From assembly GCF_009834535.1 (NCBI RefSeq), contig NC_045696.1, forward strand, positions 106,766,001 to 106,830,000: a stretch of DNA of 64,000 bases, written 5' to 3'. The notes below the pieces were generated by a model. That model was not told the DNA's origin and did not search any database. It worked only from the letters and a program-made list of their open reading frames with translations. Source of the DNA: Camelus ferus (Eukaryota). The stretch's first letter is position 1, and the number at the start of each line of letters is the position of its first letter. Below, in pieces: positions 51,610 to 64,000 of this stretch. A program made the translations under genes and the position numbers.

Positions 51610-52540
51610 TAAAATTAAAGGATTAAAAAGCAAGTCACAGAGCTGGAGAAGATATGTGCACTACACATATTTGACAAAGGGTATATGTGCAGAATAGAAA
51701 ATAAACTCCTACAAATGAGTGATAAAAATTCAGCAGCTCAACAGAAAAGTGGGCAAAAACCCTTAACAGACACTTCATTAAAATAGTACTCAATTTGTTA
51801 GCCCTCATAGAAATGCAAATTAAAACTACAGTGAGATAGCTTTGTACTTATCCCTTAGAATAGCTAAAATATGAGATTGGTCATACAAAATGAGGGTGAG
51901 GGTGTAGGACAGCCATTTTGGAAAATTGTTTAGTAATATCTACTAAAAATATTCACATACCCTATTGAACTTCCACTTCTAGATATAAGCCCAGCAACTT
52001 CCATTTCTAGGTATAAACCCAACAGAAATGTCCATATAGCTTCACTGAGAGGTGTACCAGAACCATCAGAGCAGCACTGTTTATTACAGCCAAATGCTAG
52101 AAACAGTCTGAGTGTACATTATCATGGATGAATGGTACAGTCATGCAACAGAATGCTACACAGGAATGATAGTATAATACACAACAACGTGGATGAATCT
52201 TACAAACATGGTGTCAAGCAAAAGAAACCAGATAAAACAAAACAAAAAATTAAAATAAAAACAAAAACCCACCATACTGTAAGATTCTATTTATATGTAA
52301 TTCAAAACCATCAAAACTAATTTGTAATGTTAGGACACAGGATGGTGGTTACCCTTGGGGAGGGTTAGTAAGTAACAGAAAGGGAGTTTGAGGAGGGCTT
52401 TTGTGGTGCTGGTAATGCTCTTTTCCTTGATCTGGGTGCCAGGGACTCAGGCGTATTCACTTCGCAAAACTCATCAAGCTCACACTTAGGTATTTGCACT
52501 TCTTTATGTATATTACAAGTTAGTAAATAATTTATTTACA
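51610..52540 (+). mobile_element. Old L1 (L1ME-like) 3' region
   Basis: 'gaaaagtgggcaaaaacccttaacagacacttca', 'gaaatgcaaattaaaactacagtgagata', 'ttccttgatctgggtg'. Confidence 0.8.
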
Positions 52541-52829
52541 AATATATTTAATTACACTTCCACTAATTACCATCTTTCTTAGATAACTCAGAAGGCACCC
52601 TAGAATTTTCTGGGATATTCTGTCATTATTACGAGCTAGGTTGTTATGGTTACTAAGGCTATCCTTAAATGTGTGTGTATAGGGAGGGAGTATAACACAT
52701 TGTGTCTCTAACTCTTTCCAATCACCCCCGCAATGTATTTTTTTAAATTACTGTATTTAAGTACATCAACTATACTTCAATTAAAAAATTTAAAAATCCC
52801 CAAAAGTTTTGTCATGAAGAATAAAATTA

Positions 52830-55800
52830 TTGTATTTTATATTTTAGAATAGGTAATGTAACACAAATAATTAAAAATTCTAAAGATACAGGAGGGTATT
52901 CTCTGAAGAGTCAATCTCCTTCCTAATCCTGAATCCTAGACACCCAATTTGCTACTTCAGAGGCAACTACTAGTAATCCAGTTTCTTGTGTGTCATTGCA
53001 GTTTGAGGATGCCTAGAAAAGCATATATACATGTGTACAGACCTGCCTTATTTTTTTAAGTAGTTGCATGGTATTCCACTGTATGTGATGTATCTTAATT
53101 TATTTACCTAGAGCCCTATTGATGAATATCTGGGTTGTTTCCAATCTTTTGCTATTTAAACAACATTGCAATAATTACCTAGTTCTGTGGATATATATTT
53201 ACAGAGTATTTGGAAGATAAATCTCCAGAATTAGAATTTCTGGGTCAATTCATTTGTATTATTAATCAGTGTTATCAAATTGTCCTCTATATGGGTTGAG
53301 TCAAGTTTTATTCTCACAAAACACATAACTGTGCTCCCACTAAAGACTCCTTAGCACAATGGGCTATTAAACTCTTAAATCTCTACCAATCAGATAAGGA
53401 AATAATGGTATTTTGGATTTCCCTTGTTACAAATGAGATTGTGCCTCTTTTCATACATTTAAGAACCTTTTGTTTCTCCTTTTCTATGGATTCTTTATAT
53501 CATTTGCCTACTTTTTTCTGAATTTCACTGCTTTTCTCTTTCCTGTTAAATTGTAAGAGTCCTTCATGTATTAAGGAATTTTCTTTTCTTCAGTCAGCTG
53601 ATTACAGATACTTTCCCAGTTTATCATTTGTCTTTTTATTTGTTTGTTTTTTCCTTGCAGAAATTTTTTATTTTTATTTGGTTGGATTTATCAATCTTTT
53701 CTTGAATGGATTTTGGGCTTTATGTCAAATTTGAAAAGATCTCCCCCACCACAGTGCATAAGTTCAACTTATCGACTAATTCTCCCATTTTTTTTCATTG
53801 TGTATTTTTATAGTTTCATTTGTATGCTTAAGATTTCATTCACCTGGAATTAATTTTGGTAAAAAGCATGAGGTAGAAATCCACCTAAACTTTCTATAGG
53901 GCTTCCTGATTGTTCTAATACCATTCATTGAATAATCCATTTTTCTGGCACTAGTTGGCCATACTATGTTTACCAAACAAAATTTCTATGTGTTTGAGTC
54001 TCTTTCTAGATGCATTAGTATGTTTTAATTATTGTAATTATATCTGAATGTTTTGAACATTTCTTCAGGGTTTTTTATGAGAGGTCTGTTCCTATTTATT
54101 CACATGAACTTCAGAGGCAGTTTATCTACTCTCAGAAAAAAATTTTATTGACATTTTGCTGGATATGATTTAGATTACATTCAAGATTAACTTTGGGGAG
54201 AAGAGATTTTATAGCTTTTGATTCTTTTTAACCAAGAATATGGTAACCCTTTCTGTGGAAGTCTTTTTTGTGTCCCTCAGTAGCATTTAATTGTTTTCTT
54301 TGTTTGGTCTTGCACATTTTCCTCTTTTATTACTAGTTATTTTTTTTTAATGCTATTATAAAATGGGGCCCCTTTACCTCAGGATCTTCTAATTGGTTGT
54401 CGTTTGTATATATCATGACTTTTGGTTTCTGGATACTAATTTTATTCCCAGCTACTTCACTCAATTTTCTTACAATTTTAGATAATTTTTTTTTACTGCA
54501 GATGCTTAATATTTTTAGGTAAAAAGAAATGTATCTGCAAATAATGATCATTTTATCTCTTCTTTTCCAATTTTTATATTTAGAATTTTTTTTTTCTCTT
54601 GGCCATCATCAAAGAGATAAGAGTTAACAAATGCTGTCATGATGTGGAGAAAAGAGAACACTTGTGCACTGTAGTTAGAATCGTAAATTGATACAGGCAC
54701 TATGGAGGATCCTTATAAAATTAAAAATAGAATTATCATATGATCCAGCAATTTCACATCTTGGAATATATCCAAAGGAAACAAAAACACTAGCCCAAAA
54801 AGATACCTGTCCCCCCCGTGTTCATAGAAGCATTACTTACATAACAAGGTATGGAAACAATGTGTCTTATTGATGAATGAATGGATAAAAAAGTACAGAA
54901 GTTGTGGTATTTTTACGTATATGCAAATGAATATATAAATATATATAAACATATACAAATTAAATGTGTATAATATATATGTGTGTGTTTATATATATAT
55001 AATTCAGCCATTAAAAAACAAGGAAATTTGTGACAACATACATGGACTTTGAAGGCATTAGGCTAAGTGAAATAAATCAGACAGAAAGACAAATACAGTA
55101 TATATACAGTTATATGTGGAATCTGAAAAAAAAAAAAAAAACCCAAACAAAGAAACTCAAACTCATTGAAAAAGAGATCAGACTTGTTACTAGAGGTGGA
55201 GAGCAGGGGGAAGGGGAAGTGGAGGAATGTGGTCAAAGGTACAATCTTTCAGTTATAAGATAAGCAAGTACGAGGGATGTAATGTACAACATGATGACTG
55301 GAACTAACACTGCTGTATAATATATAGGAATGTTGTTAAGAGAGTAATCTAAGAGTTCTCATCACAAGGAAAAAAATTTCCTTTTTATTTTCTCTTCTTT
55401 CTTTTATTTTTACTCTCTCTATATGAAAAAATGGGTGTTAGCTGAACCTGTTGGGGTAATCATTTCACAGTATGTGTAAATCAAACCATCCTGCTGTGTG
55501 CCTTAAACTTACACAATGATGTTGTCGATTATCTCAACCGAACTGGGAACAATTATGTTTTATCTTACCTAATTATACTGGCTAATACTTCTAGAATAAT
55601 ATCAAATAATTGTGGTGATAAAGAACATCCTTTAATGAGATATGTTTAAATGATTCTTTACTAATAAGGTTTGCTTTTAGGCTGACTATACATGTAAACA
55701 CATAAATATATTTCTAGTAACGTAATGAAAGATTCACCTATTTCTACTACATCGAAGTTTTTTTTAAAATCAAGAATGAATATTGAATTTTATCAAATGC

Positions 55801-55830
55801 TTTCTCAGCAGCTATCAACTCATACTTTAC
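52830..55830 (-). mobile_element. Old L1 3'UTR and ORF2, interrupted by a plus-strand L1
   Basis: 'gggttgtttccaatcttttgctatt'; ORF 54333-54551 (FSKVAG.KI.IQK-like) is L1 ORF2; resumes after 55550. Confidence 0.78.
54600..55550 (+). mobile_element. L1MA9/10-like 3' end
   Basis: ORF 54688-54873 LKIELSYDPAISHLGIYPKE (L1 ORF2 C-terminus); 3'UTR 'taatcatttcacagtatgtgtaaatcaaacc...ccttaaacttacac'. Confidence 0.9.
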
Positions 55831-55859
55831 TTTTTAAAATAGTGCATGGTTAAATTATG

Positions 55860-56430
55860 TTTTTAACTAATTATTTAAAATGTATACAAAAATAGAAAGA
55901 ATAGTTTAATTAATATGCCCATCCACATACTCATCACCTAGCTTCAATAATTATCAACTCATGGACAACATAATTTCATCTAAGTCCTACCTAATTCTCT
56001 TCCTCCCCTCAAATTATTTTCAAGCAAATCCCAGATATGATATCATTCCATCTGTAAAAATTTCCATTTTAAATGGTAAACTTTCTTTTTTATAAACATA
56101 ACTGCATATCATGAATTCATACTGACACTTCTAATTCAAAATCAGCACTACAGGGTTTTTACTCAGATTCATTAATATTATATCCATGCCTCCTTCCTTC
56201 TACATTGAAATCTCTATTCTTAAAAACACCAACATAATTATTCATTTTCCTTATACCAAACTAAACACAAAGTAGTCTGATGGTAACAGTACTCCCCCAA
56301 ATATGATTAGTTTAAAGGTTTAAAATTTAGTGCAGCTCTTTTTATAATTAGGGACTATCCCAAAGGAATAAACAGACACATTATGATATTTTAAAGTCAA
56401 TTAGAATGATTTATTTCTCTTCTGGTCAGT
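55860..56430 (-). mobile_element. L1MC4-like 3'UTR fragment
   Basis: 'catcacctagcttcaataattatcaactcatgg', 'tttcaagcaaatcccagatatgatatcatt'. Confidence 0.65.
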
Positions 56431-56649
56431 TAGTATTTTAATTTTGAGCTCTCTTTGAATTTCTAAAATAACCCCACATGAAGAATCCCATATAAGATTT
56501 TTGCATTAATGTTAAGTGAATTGGTCTCTGGGATGTTTGAGGGGCTGGATTTGTTTGGTTTGCTATCAGTGTTATGATAGTTTCATTCAAAGGAATTTGG
56601 GAATTGAAAGTTCTCCTTTTTCTATGCTGAGAAACAGTTTAAATAACAT

Positions 56650-57520
56650 CAGAAAAAGATGCAAAGATAATTCAATAAACAAAAGATAGTCTTTTCAACA
56701 AATGGTGTTGGAAAAAAATTGAACATCAATATGCAAAAAAATGAACATACCATTGATCACACCATTTATAACAATTAACATGTAATAAATAATATAATTA
56801 AATGTAAAAATCTAAAGCTATAAAACTTCTAGAAGAAAACATAGCAGAAAATCTTAGTGAACTGGAGTTAGGCAAAGATTTCTTAGAGATAGCCACAAAA
56901 ACATGATCCACAAAAGATTAAAAATGTTAAATTGGATTTTATCAAAAAATTTTAAATGTCTATTCTTCAAAAGACACTATTAAAAGAATGAAAAGACAAG
57001 CCATTGACTGGGGAAAAAAAAACATTTGTATAACACCTATCTGATAAATAATTTGTATCCATATTATATAAAGAACTTCCAAACTAGTAAAACAAATTTA
57101 AAAATGGGGCAAATACAAGAACAGTTAATTCACCAAAGAAGAAATACAAATGAAAAATAAATACAGAAGAGACACTCAACAACATTAGTTATTAGGAAAA
57201 TGCAAAACAAAACCACAATTAGAAACCATTATAAACCTATTAGAATGCCTAAAATGAAAACAACAACAACAACAAAACTCTGACCATATCAAGTGCTAAA
57301 AAGGGTATTCGGCCACTGAAACTCTCATCCCTAGTGATGGGAAAACAAAATGGTTCAGCCACTTTGGAAAACAGTCTGGCAGTTTCTTAAAACAAACATA
57401 CCCTTACATATGATGCAGCCATCCAACTAGTAGGTATTTACCAAAGAGAAACAAAAACTTTTGCTCATACAAAACCTTGTATGCAAATATTTATGTTAGT
57501 TTTATTCATAATTGCCAGTA
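56650..57520 (+). mobile_element. L1 ORF2 3' fragment
   Basis: 'gatagtcttttcaacaaatggtgttggaa', 'aaaacttctagaagaaaacatag', 'cagccactttggaaaacagtctggcagtttctta'. Confidence 0.88.
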
Positions 57521-58205
57521 CTTTTGGCTGCTCCTTCTCTAAGAATAAAAGGGTTTATTCTTTTATTCACCCCCTACCCCTATCCTGACCCCGCTACAGT
57601 AGGAGGGGTTCAGGTGGGGCTTCCTGAGCTTCCTTTAAGAGTGTAAAAGGGGAGAGAAAGCAGAAGCTGGTGGAGAAAGATGCCCTATGTCTCGTTTTAG
57701 GTGAAAGTATATAAACATGTAAATAGGTTGCTCCCTCCGAGGTTGTATACACACAATTTATTCCCTTCTCAGGTGTTCCCCTTCCAAGTGGCAGTCACTC
57801 CCTTCTTCCAAGCTGTACCACTGAGGGAAGCTGTCTCCCATTTCCTGCCCTGCTTTTCTTTCTTTTTTTTTTTTTTTTTTTTGGTTTGTTTGTTTTGGTT
57901 TGGTTTTTATTTTTTGAGACCCGGTGGAGATCTGTGAATAATGCCTTGTGAGTGTGAACTCCCTTCACATTTGTCATTCCTAGGGATTCTGAATCATCCT
58001 GGTGGTTCACACTTGCCCTTTACCTGAATTCTTTTTTACCCTCCTAGATGGTCGCTGGCAAGCCTTCCTCCTATGCTCTGCCACAGGTAACCCAGCGCTT
58101 ATGTCTGTTTCTCCTTGGATGGACCCATTTTTATTTGAATTTCTGGCTACTTTTTTGGCTTCCAGATCTCAGCTCTCTGGTGAGTTAAAGAAAAACTATG
58201 ATTCT

Positions 58206-58316
58206 GGTGAAGGTATAGCTCAAGCGGTAGAGTGCATGCTTGGCATGCATGAGGCCGTGGGTTCAATCCCTAGTACCTCCATTAGACAAACAAACAAACA
58301 AAAACTAATAATAAAA
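58206..58316 (+). mobile_element. Camelid tRNA-derived SINE (Vic-1 type)
   Basis: 'ggtgaaggtatagctcaagcggtagagtgcatgcttggcatgcatgaggccgtgggttcaatccctagtacctcc' plus (CAAA)n tail. Confidence 0.92.
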
Positions 58317-59615
58317 GCCATGATCTCATAGTCTGAGCGGGAGTGACCTGCAATCTAACTTTCTACATTCTGGACAATAGTGGAACTCCGGCTACAGTCG
58401 TTTTTAATCAATCAAAAAGCTATAGCTGTTGTTTTCAAGAAAGCACTTGTGGTTTGTCTTTTTTGTTGTTTTTGTTTCGTACAATACAGAGAAAGTTTCT
58501 TGTTTAGAGTTACCTGCATCAATTTCAATCCAATCACATTTATAGCTCATTTGTTTTGAAAATCTTAGAACTTGAATAAGAATTTTCTTACAATCAAAGC
58601 TTTTCTTGCTGACTGTCACATTATTTCACCCTTTGAGAAATATGAAAGTATAGAAGAACACTTTTTAAATGTATGTTCCTTTGTTTGATTTGAAATTCAA
58701 ATACAGTGTAATCTTTCAGTAGAGAAGAGTTTTGCTCAGCGTAAGATTTTTGAAATCAATTCATAATTGTGTATTAATATTAATCTCAGGAGGAAATGAT
58801 TCCAATTTCAGATTTTTTTTTGTTAATTTCAGATTTAAAAAAATACCAAATTAATGACCTCTCTCATCAGGCCACTCCTGGTTCAGATACTTTCTTGCAT
58901 TTTATCCCGCTGGCTTTAGGGCTATCAAAGTTGTCACTTCTGATGGGGTAGGTGAATCAGAGGGGCTCCTTCCCTTCCTGCCTCCTTTAGCTCTGCTGAA
59001 TAGAGCTTCTATTAACACAGCTTTGATAGCCCTTCTCCTCAGCCGGCTGGGATTTTGTTTTTTGTTTTTGTTTTTGTTTTTTTCCCCTTTCCCTTTCTTA
59101 CCAAGTTCTAAGGATCGCATTCAGTTTCATCCCTGAGCCCTTGCATCTTCATTGTGTGCAGTTGCTTCCTAGAGCATCTAGCCTCTTGAAGATTTTCATT
59201 CTTGTCAGCATGCTAATCACCCTTTCATCCTACTCTGTGGCATAGTTTTATTGAATTATTTTTCTTTGCTGTTGTTTTTATTCTTTTCTTCACCCTGCTT
59301 CCTCTTTGTACTATTTCTACTGACGTCCTATCAAGTTCCCTTTATACCATTCCTCATGTTAAATAGGAAGACTCTTCCATATCATCTGTTTGCCAGAGGT
59401 TGGTGCAAGGAAAGTTCTTGGGCTATTTTCCAGGCTTGTAAGAGCTCCCGTAGAGGGCAAGGTTGGGTCTGAGTGTTTTTTGTCCTTTACTTCTCCCAGC
59501 CTGCTGAGACTGGTACCACTAGGCTGCTCATGGAGTTCCTGTCTTTCACCTCACTTCATGGGCAATTTACATCTTGCAAATTTAACTTGCCTATACAATC
59601 CATTTTTTTTTTTTT

Positions 59616-60104
59616 TGTATGAGTCCAAATTCACCACACAATAAGCTAATAAATCAGGAGACAAGGTATTGGGGGCAAGGAATAATGACTCAGAAAGCCA
59701 GTAGACTAATAAAGATGGGGGACTAATGTTCTAGAGAGCCATCTTACCCAAATCAGAATTCAGGCTCCTTTTATACTAAGAAGGGGAGGGGGTATGTTTG
59801 GTTGTTGCAAACATCTTGTTGTCTGAATCCTTTGTTCTTGCAACCATCCGTGTAGGTCAAGTCACGGTGTTCCTGTAAACCTCCAACAAGACAAATATTA
59901 TTCTCTGTTCTGCAGCTTTTTATCTTTACATGAATGGAAAAGGTCAGAGCCTTGAGAATGGGCTATTCTGTATATTTCAGGCTCTAGGCAACATTCTTTT
60001 ACAAAAGGTGTGAACCAGCATGACTAAGCACAGGAAACAGAGCCCTGGGGTAGAGTTAAAGGAATACAGCTAACGTGGAGTCACATTTGTTCTTCCCTGT
60101 TACA
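59616..60104 (-). mobile_element. ERV1-class solo LTR
   Basis: About 490 bp, TG...CA bounded ('tgtatgagtcc' ... 'ccctgttaca'); minus-strand TATA-like site ('cttttatact' at ~59768) and 'ggggcaaggaataatgact'; family not resolved. Confidence 0.75.
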
Positions 60105-61144
60105 CTGTTTCTTGAGAACTTAGGACTAAACCTGACTTAGGAAAGCCCTGCCACCACTCTGCACACCCATGCTCAGTTTTCTAAACAAGAGTTTGCGATA
60201 TACTATGCCACCTGCTTTGGAGAAATGGCCTTTGGCAGTTGTGTCTGAGGCCTGCAACCATCAGGATCCTCTGTTGGTATCTTTCTACGTCACATTTGAC
60301 TTTCACAGCATTATTTCCCCATTCATCATGGTTGGAGATTTCAGCTGTTCTCGAATTTCATTGAATAATTCATTGAAAATGGATTTGTGTTTCAGTTTCC
60401 TATTTTCCTATTGCTTCCAGGTGATTTTCTACATTTTAAAACTAGAATTTCTCTTCTCCTCTTACTCCACCCCAGCATTGTCTTTTTAATACAACTCGTT
60501 CTACTTAGTAATACAGTATACTGAATATCTTTCAGTGTTGAGTGACTTTTCTAAAACAAACAAGCTTGCATATTTGATAGGCTATATTCCTGGGCAGTTG
60601 TTACAATTTGATCATGACAAGGATCCCAGGGTTGTTCTACCGAAACTATTTCATGAACGGGGATTTCATTCCTAACCAAGTTCCTGGCCCTTAGCCTTTG
60701 ATGGGAATGTTTTTAGATTTGACCAACTATGAATAATACCGTGTACAGATAGATGACTATATCACAACAACAACAACAACAAAGTAACAAGTGTTAAGTG
60801 CAGGTGAAGTATTTAGGTTATACTATGACTCTTATTCATAAATTTTGAGTCAATACATAAATAAAGGAAAAGATATGAATTTGTAAGAAAATAGGCATTA
60901 GAGTTGATTGCCATCAGAGCCAAATGAGTCAGCTGGCCAATGTCGTTGGCCTGGAGCCAGCAAGTGGTCAATGTATTTGTCCAGTAACAAGTAGACCAAT
61001 AATTGATCCCACAAAAATGTTTTCTGAAATAATGGAGGACCCTAGTATGGCACACAGAAGGAGATGAGGGTGCAGCTGCTGTTCAGGTGGAGAATGTGGT
61101 CTAACTTCGCTCTCTCCTGTAAGTGATCACCATGACCATCCTGC

Positions 61145-61727
61145 TGCTACAGGAAAAATAGGGTGGGAGAGGATGGCCACATCCCAGGTCTTAGGTGAGT
61201 CCTCGGGACACACCTGGCCAGGTGAGGGTCCTTGGCTTTGCACAAGAAAGAATTCAAGAGTGAGCTATAGTTGAGTAAAACTAGATTATTCAGAGGAATA
61301 ATAGACAATAGACCATAGACCAAGTGCAGGACATCTCAGAAGGCCAGAGAGGCCACAAGGCGTGGGGTTGGGTGTTTAGTTTTAAGTTAAAGTAGTTACA
61401 CACTCCATAGACAGAGCGACCACAAGGTGCAGGGCTGTTAGTTTTTATGGACTCAGTAGCTTCATAAGTGGGGGGATTATTCCAACTACTTTTGGGGAAG
61501 GGGCTGGGATTCCCAGGAATTGGGCCACCGCCCACTTTTTTATCTTTTATGGTCAGCCTCAGAACCATGCTGGTGCCTGTGGGAGTGCCATTCAACATGC
61601 TAATACATTATAATGACCATATAATGAAGCTCAAGGTCTACTGGGAGTTGAATCTTCCACCATCTTGGTGCTCACTGCTGTGTCATTCCTTTAATGATTG
61701 TGCCCTGCCCCCTTCCTGCCTGCCCCA
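61145..61727 (-). mobile_element. ERV1-class solo LTR
   Basis: Starts 'tgctacaggaaaa', contains 'gggtccttggctttgcacaagaaagaattcaagagtgagc' and 'ccaccatcttgg', ends 'cccca'; 4-bp flanks ctgc/ctgt. Confidence 0.78.
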
Positions 61728-61779
61728 CTGTGGTTCTCACAGTAGCTTCCCTCAGTCTTTGCCTTGGCAACTTCACTGC

Positions 61780-62090
61780 CTGTCACCTCCCTCTGGTATC
61801 TGGGCTCCAGAAATACCTGTCTGCTCTCAGTTCCTTTAATCAGCCAAACTCTTATCCAACTTAGAAGCTTCAGACACGTTGTCCCCTCTGCTTGGCACAC
61901 TCTTCCTCTGCTCCCTCTTATCAACTTCCATTCCTTCCTGAAATGCTCCCTCCTCCATGAAGCTTGCCCTCATGCTCCGTGGAATTCTTATTTGCCTTAC
62001 CAGTCTGCCCTGCATATGCCTATGTCCCTCAGTCTAGTGCCAGTTTCCTGAGGCAAGGGCCATGTCTCAGTCTTCTTGATACAGGTTTAT
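61780..62090 (+). mobile_element. L2 fragment
   Basis: 'gttgtcccctctgcttggcacactcttcc...tcctccatgaagcttgccct...ttcctgaggcaagggccatgtct'. Confidence 0.65.
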
Positions 62091-63783
62091 TATGGATTTA
62101 TTTAGTTTTAATTGCTCTTCTTACTTTAAATTTTTTTTTGAGGTAGAATTTGATTCTGAAAAATATTCCCATGAGTAATCAGTGTCATGGTTAAAAATGA
62201 AGATAAAACAAAGGTCAGAAACCATAAGGAATGAGTGGAAATGATTGTACCTAGTGTGAACTAATTCCTGAAAGTGAAATGTGAACTTATGCCTGCAAAG
62301 GAATTATTTACCTCTGTCTCTTGTCCAGCCTCAGCATAGGGGCTTACACCTCCTGAACATTAAGTACTAAGAGTGTAGCTGAGTTGCCTGTCTCCAAAAG
62401 CCAAGTAAGAGCAATGAATTCAGCAGCACAGGTGGCTAGAGGCTGGGCAATCCCCACCTGTTTTAGTTACTGGATTTTTTTTTTTTTTTAACCTTTGGCT
62501 TGTCATCTACATGCTGCTCCTGAGACAAATGGGAGAAATGTGGTTTGAGAAAGGCTACCCGGGGCTACCTGGGTCACGAACTCCCCACACCAGGCTCACG
62601 GGCGCAGCGTGGGGGCTGCAGGACTCTCCTTCCTGCCTCTCTAGGGGCTGCAGCCGGCCCAGGCTCCTGCTGGTCTCACCTGGGACAGCCTGTGCTCTCC
62701 AAGTCACATCACCTTGCTTCTCCCCTCTAATGTCATGGCTTGTCTGCACTTCTTATCATAACCGTCCTGCAAGCAGTGCCTTTTCCTTTTATCTGCCACT
62801 TTTAAGTATTTGAAAAGATTGAATGCAGTCCTTTTTCTCTTAGTCTGTCCTCCACTTCCCTCCTGTCCCACCCACGGTATGCTGTTCCCTGCCCAGCAGG
62901 TGACCCAGCCAGAAAAGGCAGCCACATACCACCTCCACAGGTGTGGTCCCCTGGGGGAAGCCGAAACCATCTAAACCGATCCTTTGTCCACTTGTATCAT
63001 ATGACAGATATGAGAAAGAAATGTTGATGAGGATAAAAAAAAACTATTTAAAATTGTTTGTAATTCCCCTGCCTCGTGGGCAGGCGTGTTTCCTGGTAGC
63101 AGGAGGCCCCTTTGTAAGTTAAATGCCTTCAGCAGTAGAGGATGGGAAGTCCAGAGGCAGAGAAATTCTCTGCAAGAGGGTGCAAGTTCTGGAGCAGAGT
63201 TGCATTGCTCTGTGTGCTAAGGGGGTGAGAATAAATGAGGTGGGACTAGAGAAATCCAGGAGGAAGGAGACAGGGATGACCAAGGCCAGACCCTGTGGTA
63301 TATGGGGGATGAGAAAGAGAGAAGAGAGGATAGGGCCTTACCCCAACTCAGGGTCCCCCATTAATGATGTATGTAAATGGGTTTTTTTCCGGGAAATGCC
63401 ATGTATTGTGCAGCCATGTTCTGGGATCTTTCATCGAAATGATTAAAAGCATGGTATCCTTATAGAGTTACATTTCTTATGGAAGAGAGTGGTGAAGAGC
63501 TTGGGTTGTCAAGTTGGAAGGGTTGGGGCAGAACAAAATCAGCCTGCTCCAACCTTGACTCTGACTTTGACTGATAACGCTTATGCGTGATGTTTGCTCT
63601 AGCCATCAACCCATGTCTCCCAGTCATGATTGTCCTACATGGTGAAAAAGAGCCCCCAAGCCAAGATGCCTTGGAGAGAAACATTTTCCAGAACTTCAAC
63701 AGCTAAAGGCCAAAAGATTGAAGTTTTTTTTTTCTAGTAAGAACGTAACATAATTAACAACAATTACTATACATTTTAAAACT

Positions 63784-63847
63784 CTAATTTATAAACGGTA
63801 TTGCTAATTTATGAACGGTAAATTAAATTGCTAATTTATAAATGGTA
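63784..63847. repeat. Three near-identical 17-bp direct repeats
   Basis: ctaatttataaacggta (63784-63800), ctaatttatgaacggta (63804-63820), ctaatttataaatggta (63831-63847). Confidence 0.9.
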
Positions 63848-64000
63848 TATATTACAAGTTTTATATGCATCAAACTTTGGTGTGCTCGTAAAATTATCAT
63901 AACCTTAAATGTGTTTATTCAGCCAGTTATTCCAAATGAGTTCATTAGAATTAGTTTAAGTTTTTGTTTGAAGTGAAATTATCGGCTGCTGAACTCAAAT

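Noticed and set aside
57520..58200. Possible LTR or L1 5'UTR fragment
   Set aside because: Looks repeat-derived, but I could not assign a family or boundaries with confidence.
61290..62146. Cluster of 60-123 aa ORFs
   Set aside because: They lie within a solo LTR and an L2 fragment, with no gag, pol or env motifs.
63784..63847. CRISPR-like repeat-spacer array
   Set aside because: Only three 17-bp units with 3- and 10-bp spacers, in mammalian DNA with no cas genes.

Overview
Mammalian non-coding DNA, AT-rich and dominated by interspersed repeats. It is most likely from a camelid (alpaca/llama/camel), because it carries five tRNA-derived SINEs of the Vic-1 type and several young, TSD-flanked L1 3' ends. 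I found no protein-coding exon, RNA gene or CRISPR array that I can support; the recognisable ORFs in the track are decayed LINE (L1, L2, CR1) fragments. Content: many old L1M fragments, L2, MIR, MaLR/ERVL/ERV1 solo LTRs and a Tigger2-derived MITE. The most notable feature is an ancient CR1 (L3-type) LINE fossil on the minus strand at about 25.75-29.05 kb. It keeps an almost open endonuclease frame and appears to consist of two same-orientation RT segments, one unusually GC/CpG-rich. There are also several local repair/replication scars (a 42-bp templated insertion, a ~145-bp inverted duplication, a 53-bp tandem duplication) and a few repeat-free blocks that may be regulatory. All family and subfamily assignments are by eye from remembered consensus sequences, and boundaries of old repeats are approximate. 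I see no evidence for a novel multi-gene system.
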